A stretch of DNA of 58,812 nt, filler included, from Sphacelaria rigidula (Eukaryota): assembly GCA_964200075.2 (NCBI GenBank). It is 6 parts of 6 records of this genome, joined end to end, with 100 filler letters (N's around TTAATTAATTAA, not from the genome) between each part and the next. Parts side by side here need not be neighbours in the genome. Positions count along the whole stretch, not along the records: positions 1 to 9,720 come from CAXNAA020007901.1; positions 9,821 to 19,540 come from CAXNAA020007902.1; 4 more parts are not named here. One strand, written 5' to 3'. Position numbers and translations under genes: made by a program. Under the pieces are notes generated by a model. The model was not told the DNA's origin and did not search any database. It saw nothing but the letters and a program-made list of their open reading frames with translations. This document shows positions 1 to 11,895 of this stretch, one piece after another. Within the stretch, counting starts at the first letter, position 1. Every line of letters starts with the position of its first letter.

Positions 1-2725
1 CTGCGCGGTACATTCGTACCGGGCATCTGATGCGGACGCCTTCCGTGGTCACAGGCTAGCTACCTATAATAAGGTGTGGGGAAATCAAACAAAACCAAAA
101 AAAAACAAAGTAGACCTAGATTGAAAACTCACAAAACACGATACGAGCAAATCACGTGAAAATAATAAAGAAAACGGAGAATACGTATGGTTGACCTCAG
201 AAGATCCGGTGCCGCTGGTGGCCATTCGGACTTCAGGGGGTGGCACCTGGCTTTCCAAGTCGACGCGCGCCACCAAGTAGAAATGAACATAAGGTCCGAC
301 TACGGGCGAGACTCAAGGCCCAAATACCACCAACCAAAAAACTAAGAATCGCAACGTTCCATCTTTCGACCTCTCGAGGGACAGCCATACGTACAAGCGT
401 ACCAGGTGTGTCAAGACAAGCACAGCATGACATAACGACACCTCTCATCTGGGGGGTTCACCCGCCACCCTCCCTTCTCTGGACTGTCGTCATTGCTGTG
501 CTATGTAAACTTCGTTGGTCTCCCGTCTAATCGCACGCAGTCGGCTGGCCTCGTCTTCACTTCTGTGCCATGAGGTCATGAACCTCTCCGCTCCCTGCAC
601 CACTCCCGCGTGCCACGGCAACCCCCCCTTCTTATTCACTGCTGAGGTCCATAGGACGTGATCAACTCTGAATGTCTGGCGGTTGTCGTCCGTAGAGCCA
701 TCTGTGACTCCGAAAGCGTGGAGATCGTCCCGCAGGCACTTCAGCCCGTTTTGTTCCGGGCACCCTGGTCCTGAATCCTCCCCCCCCGACTAGTGCTCCG
801 ACTGCTATTCGCTTCGGTGATCGTCCGTCCGGTTGTCTAGCCAGGGCTCCCGCGAACAGCAGTCGTCGTTGTCGGACGCACTTTGGCATCCGGTCTTCTT
901 GAGGGCCTGTGCATACGACAGCTGTCGGTATGTGCCGCATACTCGGCGGTGCCCGATGACTCGTAGGAGGAGCCGGTAGTGCACCCTTTTCAGCAAGTCG
1001 TAGTGTTCGCGGCGCGGGGGGCCACGTCATGCATCCGTACAGTAGGGCCTCCATCGCCTCCGTTTTCAGCAGTCGGACCTTGAGTCTCCATGGTGCTCTC
1101 GGTCGGTCAAAGAGCTCCCGGGAAACTTCCTCATGCACGCCCACGCTGCTCTGCTCCGCAGTGATGCTGCGATAAGGTCTGCACTTTTGGGGCCAAAATC
1201 GGCCTGATTCAGGGGTTCCTAAAATTAGGAACTCCACAAGAATATGGATCAGGATATCCCCGTTTGCAAATTCATTCGGGATATCCCTAGAAAATTGGAA
1301 GAAAAACCCTGGCGTACTCTCACCTATTTCGAAAGTCGTGTTTTGGATGAGATAAAGGGTTGCTAACAATTCTACTCTCAGGCCGTAAAAGTGCTGACCC
1401 TATCGCAGCATCACTCTCCGATTGTGAATTTCTTGCTCGAGTTCGCCCTCCTCGTTGACGAGCCCGCCCAAATATCTGAAACTATCTTTCTGGGCGTATT
1501 TCTGGCCCGATGCTTCGATGATCAACGGTGGGGGAGATGGTGTTGATGACTCCCCCTTCTTCGGTGCTTGCCTCGGCACTCGCATCAAGATACTTTAGTC
1601 TCCGTCTTCTTCTCCGATCCGGTCAGTCCAAAGGCCCCAAACACGTCCACTATGATGGTCATCATCCTCATTCCCCACACCGCTCTGCGTACACGTTTCA
1701 GCGGTGTCTCCGCCCCCCTCCCCGTCTCGTCATCGAGATATACAAGTCATTGATGATGATATCATCCTCGCTGAATCGCCCGAGGACTATCTCGAGCACG
1801 GCCGCGAAGAAGATGATGAACAGCAGGGGAGACAGTACACATCCTCGTCGCAGTCCCTATGTGACTTCAAATCACTCCGAGAGCTCCCCGTCGTCCATGC
1901 GTACGCGGGCCTGTATACCGTCGTGGAATTGGCGGATAACTACTATCATCTCATCCGGAATACCAGCTCGGGCAAGTACCTGCCACAGAAGCTCTCGGTC
2001 GACCGAGTCACATGCCTTCTGCAGTCGACGAAGCACATGTGCAGCGGTATTCTCCGCCGCCGTCCCAGCTCCTGGAGTCGGCGCACTACGAGCAGCATGT
2101 CGACAGTGGATCGGTCAGATCGGAAGCCGCACTGTTCCTTCGGTAATATCCCGTGCTTTTCGCAGCAGTCGCTGAGGCGGTTGGCCACTATCTTCAGGAG
2201 CACTTTCCCTGCGTGCGATACGAGAGAGATTTCCCTGTAGTTATTGCAGTCGGACGGGTCCGATTTCTTGTACAGCACCTTGATGGTTGCATCTTTCCAC
2301 TCCTGCGGGACCTCCCCTCCGTTCCAAACCTCGACGAGAATGGTATGGAAGCGTTTGAGGACGATGGGTTCGGCGCGGCCGTCGATCTTGAGTAGCCCCA
2401 CGGGAAGGGAGTCATGTCCTGGCGCTTTCCAGTTGTGCATCCCCCGGACTGCTCGTCTGGTTTCCTCCAGTGTTGGTGCTGCCCCAAGCGATACTGAATC
2501 CTCGGTTGTTGACGCTGCCGGTCGCTGCTTCACCTCCTCGATGATGGCTGGGTTCAGCGTGGGCGATTTGGCGTTGAGTAGGGTGCGGAAGAATCTCGCC
2601 CACCATTTAAGGATGGCAATTTTGTTCCTCAGTAGGACGCCGTTCTCGTCCTTTATGAACTGCTGCTCCCCGGATTGCCTTCCACCAAGACCCACCGATC
2701 TCTTGAGGTGTGTGTACTGGTGATG
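1..2725 (-). mobile_element. RTE-clade LINE remnant (RT domain, C-terminus and 3' UTR), frameshifted, 5'-truncated, interrupted by a MITE at 1159-1416
   Basis: Minus-strand translation gives [71 protein letters not shown] and EALLYGCMTW, all RTE RT motifs. The frame breaks after LHMCFVD. The 3'-terminal motif CCGTGGTCACAG lies near positions 43-54. Confidence 0.92.
1159..1416. mobile_element. 258-bp MITE with ~30-bp TIRs and 4-bp TSD (Sola2-like, tentative)
   Basis: Left TIR CAGTGATGCTGCGATAAGGTCTGCACTTTT; right TIR (reverse complement) GAGTGATGCTGCGATAGGGTCAGCACTTTT. TSD TCCG at 1155-1158 and 1417-1420. Removing it restores the host LINE reading EIHNRSRAAWACMRKF. Confidence 0.9.
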
Positions 2726-2733
2726 CTTATGAA

Positions 2734-2823
2734 TATTGTTATTATTATTACTATTACTATTACTATTATTAGTAGTAGTAGTAGTTTTAGTATTTTTATT
2801 ATCATTACTATTATCGTTATTTT

Positions 2824-2905
<82 letters not shown>

Positions 2906-3016
2906 CATTATTATTATCATTGTTATTATTATTATTATTATTATTATTGTTGTTATTATTATTATCATTATTATTGTCATTGTTATTGTCATTATTATCA
3001 TTATTGTTATTATTAT
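2734..3016. repeat. Imperfect (ATT/ATC/AGT)n microsatellite, tail of an adjacent retroposon 3' end
   Basis: About 280 bp of trinucleotide repeats directly followed by GCTCGTCGCATTAGCTCGATCTCTCGAACCCGTGGTCACAG. Confidence 0.95.
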
Positions 3017-3170
3017 GCTCGTCGCATTAGCTCGATCTCTCGAACCCGTGGTCACAGTGCAAGGAGCGTACCACTCATACCCATAAATCAGACAGCCCTC
3101 AGAGGAAGGCAAGCAACAAAACACCTACACGAAGAAAGGGCACCTACACCACGATAGGTCCGTTCAAGAC
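3017..3170 (-). mobile_element. 3' end fragment of an RTE-related LINE/SINE
   Basis: Reverse complement reads CTGTGACCACGGGTTCGAGAGATCGAGCTAATGCG followed by (AAT)n; homologous to 8552-8590. The distal boundary is approximate. Confidence 0.65.
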
Positions 3171-4149
3171 CGATTGACCTACAGGAGACCTACTGGAATA
3201 TTAAAAGTCCGCGCATGCGATCTCTCCGACTACCTTGCCACGTACTGGTGATACTATCGCGATAATATCAGTGGCGGAGACGATATGCCGCTAAAAAAAA
3301 GACTTCGTCATATACTACCGATTCTGAATATCGCAAAATGCGCACAGCAGGGGGTTTCGCTTGCTGCTTTTCCGATGTGGAAGAAGCGTTCGGGCTGGGC
3401 GACTATTTGTTGTGTGCAGGCTCCGCTGGTTATCCGCGCGTGAAGCCCACCGAGTGCGTCCAGCTTTCCGTTCGAGATTCGAACAGCGACATCACCGGCT
3501 GCAGTCGCGTTTCCGAATTGGATTCACCTCACCGTGTATCCGTCGCGGAGATGAAGCAGTATCGAAACGATAGCATCGGCAGAAGTGAAATAAACAAGTA
3601 GACTATACTTCGCAGTCGGTGATCATGTAACACCGATATAGTAGGTTGCATGTTTCCTGCAATCCGCCTTTCTCTCGTGACGGCTTTGGTAGCCCCCGGG
3701 GTTCATTCTTTTTTTCTATCTGTTTGTTTTTCTCGTCACGGGCGGGTATGGGGGAATGGGGGGGGGGGTACATAGGTGAAGGCCATGGAGGCGCACCAGT
3801 CGACATGCGTACGTCCTGGCTTCGCTTTGTGCCGCGTCACGCACAACTCGGAGCTTTTCAGACCGGCGACCAACATCAGGTCTGCCCGGTTGATCGAATT
3901 CGACCTGGAGGGAACAACGCTAACGTGAGAGCAGAGTGCTGTTGACCCTTGTCGTTAGGACATTGCGAGACCGGACCCGATCTATGTAGGCGTCAATACC
4001 TCGGGTGTATGATGTGTCGGGATAATATACGTGAGGTCGAATTTTGCCGGGGTCATGTTGATTTCGTTGTGTGCAATCATGCATGAGCTGCGGACAATTC
4101 GAAGTGTGGAGGGTATCGACAAATTGCCCAGCTTTTGAGGGGCATCCAA

Positions 4150-5450
4150 CGTACTCGCGCTCTGACCGGGAGCGAACATGGGATTGATCCAAACATGAAA
4201 AGATAAACGAGTTCGAAGTGTTGCAGAAGAGTAGCATTGCTCGGTGAGTGATATTTTCACCGTGTTTCGAAATTCACGTGACACACAAATTGATCCAGAA
4301 AATGCTCTTCCGAAGCCGAACGACCGTCATGAACAAAAAACCCGAGAGATAATTGAAATGCTCGAGTTTCGCATGTAAGAATCGAATCTTCCGGTGGAAG
4401 TATAGCATTCCCGGGTCCGCGCTCAAGACTGAGAGAGTCATACGACGAACTATATCGCAAAGTTCCGGTAGGGATGGGCCACACGCGTACGACACCCCCC
4501 CAATGAAGCACAAATCCCCTGTCGTCGACTGTATCTATATGCTCAATATTTTTGGTGCTTACAGCAAGTAGTGAATCCTTTCGTAGAGTATTCCTCATTC
4601 AACATCACGGTCCCTGTAACACAGTGCAGGGCAGATTGCCGGTGAGGATGAAGTGGATGTATATTCAATATCCACGATAAAACGCATGACTCTGGCTTCA
4701 CGATATATTCATGCGTTCATGGTTTTCTGAAACGGGTTTTGCACCTTGTGATAGGAACATGCCCTGCTTTGTGTTTTTTCCAAATGTCCCGCCATGCAAT
4801 GGCCTGTAGTAGACTGCATGGGGGAGCGTGTCAATGCCTCAACACATGGTATTTCAGAAGTAGCGATTTGTGTCTGAGTATCTGATACGAAACTGCTCAG
4901 CATAGTGTAGTAGAAGCCAAGGTTTTCATAGTCTTCAACTTCAAACGTTCATATCTCACGAATCGCGGCGAGATTAGGAAATCTGGAACTGTTGCAAAAA
5001 TCTAGACGATGCAGTCTATATTCATTGTGTTTGAATGAAGTCGTTGCAACAAAAGATAGTGGTACAATATGTTACATTTCAACAGAACAACGAACCACGT
5101 CGGACCGTTTCATTGTCATCTTTTTCATGGAGAGTACCTCTTTTGTGTTGATTTAGAGTCTACCTGTGTGAATGACGTTTCGGGTAGGATATTGCTAGAG
5201 AAGGCACGTTGCCATGATTTGTCAATGAAAGATACCCTGGGAGAGTATTTAGGCCGCGTAAGCTACAGGATATCTTGCGTGCAACTTTGCAGTTAAGCTG
5301 AGCTGGCAAGGCTACCGCGTCAGCAATAACGAGGTTGAATGGAATGATACGATTAGACCTTACGTACGTGTAGAATGTTTGATTCTTCTTCCAGGATTGA
5401 GCATGGTTGTAATCGGTGGTCCCTATCGCCCTAACAATCACTCTCCCAAG
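4150..5450 (-). mobile_element. Highly decayed transposase relic, possibly KDZ (Kyakuja-Dileera-Zisupton) type
   Basis: Motif-like peptides occur in KDZ order across broken minus frames: LVIADAV, LCFIGGVSYA..E, xLEHFNYLSGFF, ISLTEQCYS..LRTRLSF. Recognised by eye only. Confidence 0.35.
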
Positions 5451-6915
5451 CTTACGTTAGATATCACAGATACCACTGAGCTAAACAGTCAGCGCTCATT
5501 GTTTAGCTCAGTGGATACGTTGTACATCTAACAGGAACCACTAGAGTGTGTGTCTCGTCGCCCGCGCTTCTCAATGCAGCTGTTCCAACACATTGCTTCG
5601 GAAACATTTTGTTCCCGTTGTTTTCCGACAAGTAAGACACCCTGTATTGGAGTGCTCCTCCTGATTCGTTTGTAACAAGTGGGTATCCTGCAAGAGTCAA
5701 ACAGTGTGAATGTATCCTGCAACCCTCAGCTCCCGTACGGCACCCGGGCAGCGACTGTGTGGTCACAGGAGGGCATCAATATAGCGTGCCTCCACTTGCA
5801 TCGCTTTTGTTATCGGAACACGGTGCAAAACCGAAAGTAATCTCCCCCAAGCCTTATGTACAACTAAACTCACTCCGACGTATTATGCGCCACCAAGGTG
5901 TATGAAGCCCGATGGTTCAGCGCGTACTCCCCATAATGTTTCGGAGGTCCTTACCGCTGTCTGTCGTCCGCAACCCTTCTCCCCCCCGCCTTCGAGGTGC
6001 AACCGGGTGCGGTCTGCTCGCACCACTTCGTTCATTTTCTCATGTTCCGATGTTGGGTAACACTGTCTGTAGCTTCATGTTCGAATAGGGGCTTTATGGC
6101 AAAGTGCCGTACAACCATTGATGGGTCAAGGCAGTCATGGGTCATGTAATGAGCGTTTCATTATATATCTCTTGATCGCACGATATCTTTCTTTCAGGCA
6201 ACGTACTACCCGAGCTACTAAGTTTGAAAACGTGCGGCCATGGTTTGTCCCCGTAGGATACTGTAGCGAAGAAGTAACAAGGCCTCGCGGCTTGCACTAG
6301 TTCAAGTACAAGACCTGGCACGATAAACGCGTGAGCAGCAAGGTGGATTACATCATACAATCTGGTTCGATATACGTTTCCCTATCAAGGCAGAAAATAT
6401 TTCGTTCCAATAGCGATCGCCGTCGATGGCATCACGAGTCCCCCACTGGTGCCACATTATCCTCTCTTCCCTCTCCCAGCTCTCCTTGAGTCCTCTACAT
6501 TCAGAAGAGATCGTGTGTCCCGTTTTGGTATAAGCGCGATCTCAAACACCACCTGGCCTTTGTCCTTTGATACACGATGTGGGTAAGCTTCACGGGCACT
6601 GCGCACCCTCTGCAGGTCTACTTAGTGAGACAGCACCACATGGTCCTTGATGGAAGTCGTTCTTCGCGATGCCGAAGCCCTTGCTGATCACCGTACCTCG
6701 AAGTGGCCAAACCCCGTACGCGAGACAGTTGTGCCATCACTTTTCTCGTGGAGAATGTTTTTGCTCTTGGAGAAGAAAATACACCGACGTGGAGGCTTGA
6801 GGCCTGCGTGGTGGTGGGAACGCGAATATGCGGCGCCGTCTAACAATGCTGTATAGGTGCCACAATCCTCATCAAGTTCGCGCCGCGTGCGAGGTGAAAA
6901 AACAATTCGTGTTTG

Positions 6916-7430
6916 GAGTCATCCTACGATGGGGGGGGGGGGCGGGAGGGCGTCTCTTTCACGAAATTCCACTCTGAATAATCGTTGGAAGTAGCGAAGG
7001 TTGTTGAAACGCGATTGTCAGTGATGAAAAACGCTTGTTTAGCAATGCTACGGTAGGGGTACACTTTTTTCGCGAAATATTGTCTAGTTCAGGGGCTCCA
7101 AACGATTCTAGATGCACAAGAATGTGGGTCATGGCATTCCCGTTTGCAAATTCATTCGGGATATCCCCAGCACGTTGGAGTAGTAATCCTGGCGTACTTT
7201 TACATATTTTTATGGGTGGTGTTTTGCATGAGATCAAGGGCTCCTAACAGTTCTAACCTCAGAAAATATTTGTGCACCCCTACTGTAGCATCACTCTGTT
7301 CATATAGATTGACAACATCTTTACCTGCACACAAGCGCTTCGCGAGCGTGATAAGTCGTCTAACACCCTTACAAGCTCGTTTTTCGTACAAGTACCCCCC
7401 CCCCCCCTCCCCTCTATCGTAGCATGGCTC
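6916..7430. mobile_element. MITE (254 bp after removing the nested element) with GAG...CTC termini and 4-bp TSD
   Basis: Left end GAGTCATCCTACGATGGGGG; right end (reverse complement) GAGCCATGCTACGATAGAGGGG. TSD TTTG at 6912-6915 and 7431-7434. Confidence 0.8.
7040..7296. mobile_element. 257-bp MITE, same family as 1159-1416, nested in another MITE
   Basis: TIRs TAGCAATGCTACGGTAGGGGTACAC and (reverse complement) GAGTGATGCTACAGTAGGGGTGCAC. TSD TGTT at 7036-7039 and 7297-7300. Shares the core CCCGTTTGCAAATTCATTCGGGATATCCC with 1159-1416. Confidence 0.88.
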
Positions 7431-8551
7431 TTTGTACAAAAATCGTGTATGTATTCGTCAAACCTCGGTGCCATCCACAATGGGGGCGGACAATGAACAT
7501 GTATTCATTCGGGGACATTTTCAGGTTTTCTCGTGGCCTAAACTAGTTCCTTTCTAGTCGTCTTTCGTTTTTCTACTTGTTCGGTTCACTCTGGTTTCTC
7601 TGTTTTCTTTCCTGTTCTTTTTGTCGATGCCTCGCTCCGGCAAGTTTTCCCGTGCATTTCGTATTGGGTAAGCCTGGCTCGTGAGCACGACTAGACTCGT
7701 GGCGGAACCGTCAATGTGCGACGATCAAGGGATCAACCCACAATGACACATCCAAACTAACAGGGCATGGCAGGTAAACCAAGCGAACTGGATGGTGTGA
7801 AGCACACAAAAATGGATGAGATGTTATACTCGCTGTTTTTCAGGCCCATAGTAATCGCGGAGACACCTCCGCCTATTCACGGCAGTATCAACCATGTGCG
7901 TCCCTTTCATGTGCCTCTCTCACTCGTGTGCCCATGAACGTACGTGTGATTAATCCCTCAATATTGAGCGTCCCTTTATCCGGTAACCTCTCTCATCACG
8001 TGCGTCCCTTTTCTGTCTCCCTCTCTGATATTTATATATATACAGCTACGAGACAGGAGATCACGCTTCCATCCTACCCTGCAATGACCCAGACCTCGTG
8101 GCCGCTACCCTCAGACACGTTGGCGCACAACCGACTGTGTGGTTCACCATCGCGGGTCCCGACAGGTGATGAGCGGAAAACAAATATCTTGTTGTTACTG
8201 GAGGTATTTTTGTTTTGCCTGATACAGTTCCTACCAGCAGTCAAACATTCAAGTAAGTGCAAAACCTGTTTGATGCTCTCAATTCGCACACGTCTCCAGC
8301 CAAACTGTACGCATCGCGCTGGGCGTGTTGGAAATACTGCAGCGGGGAGGTCGGGTGCTCGATCCCTACGCACACCACGTTGAAATCACCGCAATCCACT
8401 GGTTTGTTCCTTCGTACTACCCCAGTGATCTCACGAGCAAGTGACGAATCGGGATTATGCCGAAAGGTGTGTAATTAACGTCGTGCCATCTCAAAATGTC
8501 ATGTGTCTTGTAAGGAATAGCAGGGACGGTACTGGAAAGGCGAGCCTACGT

Positions 8552-8768
8552 CTGTGATCACGGGTTGGCGAGATCGGACTAATGTGCGGAAATAATAAGG
8601 ATAACAATAATGATAATCACCATCATAAAAATAGTAACAACAGCAACAACAACAACAACAACAATAATAATAAGAAGAAGAACAATATTTATAATATTAA
8701 TAATAATAATGATGATGATGATGATAATGATCATAATAATGATAATATGATAATAATATTAATAATAT

Positions 8769-8799
<31 letters not shown>

Positions 8800-8884
8800 G
8801 ATAATGATAATGGTGGTAATGATAATGATCATGATAATTATGATAATAATGATGATGATAATGATAATGATGATGGTGATGATG

Positions 8885-8916
<32 letters not shown>

Positions 8917-8952
8917 GATAATGAAGATGAAAATAGTAATTATAATAATACT
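8552..8952 (+). repeat. Retroposon 3' end (8552-8590) with a ~360-bp imperfect (AAT/GAT/AAC)n tail
   Basis: CTGTGATCACGGGTTGGCGAGATCGGACTAATGTG is immediately followed by the microsatellite. Confidence 0.9.
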
Positions 8953-9542
8953 AATCTCAAAATGTTCTTCCCGACGTGGTGATGCAGCGAGCACACTCGC
9001 TAGCTCGCCGATGATGTTGAAGCAGAATCAACGGCAGCAGTACGCGGTTTTTTTCGGAGCACTCTCCTCGCCGTCGAAGACAATGGAGAGCCTCCGCATA
9101 GCACCTAACATTTCCCATCCAAGCTTCGGGGGTACGCGTCGAAACTGTGCATGCGCTTATGCTCGGCCACCGTTTGACGTGAGGTCTCTCAAACGATATA
9201 ATCATCCACGGTTCTCCCGAGGAGCATCACTCGCAGCACACATACATTTATACTGTGAGCTGAGTGAATCAAATCTATCTCACCGCGGGAGACGATCGCA
9301 GGTCTGGAAAAGAAGGCCACTTTGGAGGGAAAACGAGAATAAACTATTGTGAGTGTCTGACGGGATCAAATAGACCAGCATCCGGCCACCCCCGAGGTAC
9401 TTCTCACGCCGAGGATATCTGAATTGTTTTGTTGGGCACAAGCGTTGGTTTATAGGCCACTGCGTACATCAGTGGGCACGCACAATCGATTGGTTGCACT
9501 CGGTAGCCTTCTTGAAGGGTATGCCCCCCGCCCCCCCCTCCC

Positions 9543-9720
9543 ATGGTGTTCAAGGTATTTATCAATGACTTGATAATAGCAATAGAAGCAGCAAAGCAAA
9601 GGGTTCAGGTGGGTGGAGATATGGTATCAGGATTGATGTTCGCGGATGAACTTGTGGAAATTTTGGGGACACCAGAAGAACTACAGACACAAATAGACAA
9701 GGCGCTAGAATACACTAGGA
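9543..9720 (+). mobile_element. Non-LTR retrotransposon RT fragment, cut by the contig end
   Basis: FKVFINDLI...VSGLMFADELV...PEELQTQID matches LINE RT domains 4-5 with a degenerate FADD motif. Confidence 0.8.
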
Positions 9721-9820
9721 NNNNNNNNNNNNNNNNNNNNNNNNNNNNNNNNNNNNNNNNNNNNTTAATTAATTAANNNNNNNNNNNNNNNNNNNNNNNN
9801 NNNNNNNNNNNNNNNNNNNN
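9721..9820. other. Artificial assembly linker N44-TTAATTAATTAA-N44 (also at 19541-19640, 29361-29460, 39179-39278, 48996-49095)
   Basis: Five identical 100-bp spacers with six-frame stop codons, spaced about 9.82 kb apart. Confidence 0.98.
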
Positions 9821-10348
9821 TCTTCTTTGTCAGGGCTTCTCATAATGAGGCGTCTGGCCCGGGGACGGGAGGGGAGGGTTCTCAAAGGGTTAAAAGAAAC
9901 AAAAAATGTACATTTCTTCACAATACAATACGATCGGGACAGGCTCGATCGACCGAAAATACCGAAGAGTCAGAATTTGGGCTGAAACGTGTCAGGACCC
10001 CCGTTGACCGGTCAGTCCGTAAGTCACTCAAGATTGAGTACAAATGTTTTTCTTCTGGAATGTAGAGCATATACAAGTATCTTAAGATCCCCAATGTGAT
10101 GAGCGATGGCACATGAAAAGGCCTAAGGGCGTGTCTTCGCACTTTGTCTTCGATTAAAAAAAATGGGGCGGTGGAAATGATTTGAGCAAAGATAGCTCAT
10201 TTTTCTCGAGTTGGGTCCAAGCGAATTTCCGAGATCTCCATCGGAAAAAGACAGTGAAATTTGTGAAACGGTACATGGTCACTCGTGTACAGTGCAGAAA
10301 GTCTGTACTGTCTGCACTGCCTGCTAGCGGTGTGTCTTGAGTGCGTCA

Positions 10349-10915
10349 GTGCGTGTTTCGTACAGGAGGTTATAAAAGGGAATCGGGCAACGTGCAGTGC
10401 AGACAGCCCAGGACTATCAGTTCTCTCTGCATACCATGCGACGTGGAAAGGACTTCGACAACGTGCAGCTTTGTACTGCCTGCACTGTCCATGAGCGTGT
10501 ACGCAACTCGGTCGCACATCGTACCACGCAGTTCCGTCGCTGATCCCTATCCTGACAGAAGATGCGCGAGTTTACGCCAACAAAAAGAAACAAAGTATAT
10601 CCAACTACTGCAGTGTACCTATCCCTGTGCTCAACTCGTGCTCTATGCTGTAGGGTCGCGGTGGAAGCTGGGATGGGTTGGATGGAGTTTGCACGGTTCT
10701 GTGAACGGGTGTTATCTGGCGTGGTAGTCTGTAAGATAGGAGTCAAGTGGCGCTTCGTGCCTTCCGACCGCATGTTTTTGATGGAAAAAAATTATTTTTG
10801 TCTCGGAAACTTCTTCCCCTCGCGCCACTACTTATTACTTTGAGTTGAAGCCTTCTAGGAACAGAAATGCGGTGGACTTATCAGATCGTCGAAGACAAGT
10901 CGACCGCACTTTTTC
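10349..10915 (+). repeat. Dispersed ~570-bp repeat, copy 1 (copy 2 at 29871-30435)
   Basis: Collinear shared blocks such as CGGGCAACGTGCAGTGCAGACAGCCCAGG, GTGTACGCAACTCGGT, CCACGCAGTTCCGT and GATAGGAGTCAAGTG. Both copies are followed by GGTATC-rich sequence. Confidence 0.85.
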
Positions 10916-11294
10916 GATCGAAAACAAAATGTGCCAAAACACGTACTCAGAAAATCACCAATCACGAAGAAATTACAAAATGATGAGTTCGGGCGCCCAG
11001 CACTGTAGGCCTAATAGAGGTATCTCGAACTCGGCGTCCCGGTATCCTGGTATCCTGGTATGATATTTGGCTCTTCCCATCCCAGAACCGATTCAAGGAT
11101 ATCTCCTTAAATCAGTAAAGTTATCTCAAACTGGGTTCCTGCATTATTTTCACTTGAAAAATGAATGTGAGCCACACCATCCCGTCGCGCAAGCTCTGAA
11201 CCCACAACACGTACATCCCTCCTGCATCACATCGCCGCCACGGTCTGTTCATCATTCATTTTCAAGTAAAAAGCAGTAGACCTACAGGTTTGGT

Positions 11295-11895
11295 CGTATA
11301 TCCATGGTTGAAAACATGACTTCTTGATTTTGGGCTTGAGAAAGTTCTGAGAAAAAATATGGCTTGGGGCAGGTGAGCGGTGGACCCAGCTCGTCTAGAA
11401 CGTGTTTTGTCGAAATCGACGGCTGCGGCTTCGATTTCAGGTCTACCAACGCACACTATGCTTAGGGGAACGTATGTACTCCCCCTTTCCGAGGGTCTCG
11501 TACGCTTGGGTCAGGGTTAGTTGCTCGTCCAGGACGTGTTTTTGTCGAAATCGGTGGCTGCGGCATCGATTTCAGGTCTGCCAACGCACACTATGCCTAA
11601 TGGAACGTATGTACAACCAGAATCGGATCTTCAGGAGGGCTGACAGTCCCGTGTGCCCCCTACCTATGGTGAACGCGTTTTCGTGCAAGACTGCTTTACG
11701 AAGGCTGCCCGTTGCCTGAGGAATGTATGTACCGCCCTCATTACCCGAGGGTTCTCGGTATGCCTTGGGGGTCCACCAAGGCCGTACTTTGCCTAGGGAA
11801 TGCTGTGTACCGCCCTTGCCCGAAGGTTCTCGGCATGCGTTGGGTTAGGGTTAGGGTTAGGGGTAGCGATACTTGCACAATGTGTCAACGATGAA
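11295..11895. mobile_element. Degenerate copy of the TTAGGG-containing MITE family, with internal tandem duplications
   Basis: Shares AAAGTTCTGAGAAAA, CAGGTGAGCRGTGGACCCAGCTCGTC, CAACGCACACT and CCGAGGGTTCTCGG with 44860-45143; (TTAGGG)3 at about 11845-11862. Confidence 0.75.

Noticed and set aside
2675-3157. Poly-I, poly-Y and poly-L ORFs, including the N-terminus of the 392-aa ORF
   Set aside because: Translations of the (ATT)n microsatellite; not genes.
8582-9352. 256-aa ORF rich in N, I and M
   Set aside because: Opened by the AAT/GAT microsatellite; the remainder has no recognisable domain.
11842-11862. True telomere
   Set aside because: Only three TTAGGG units, internal to a dispersed repeat.
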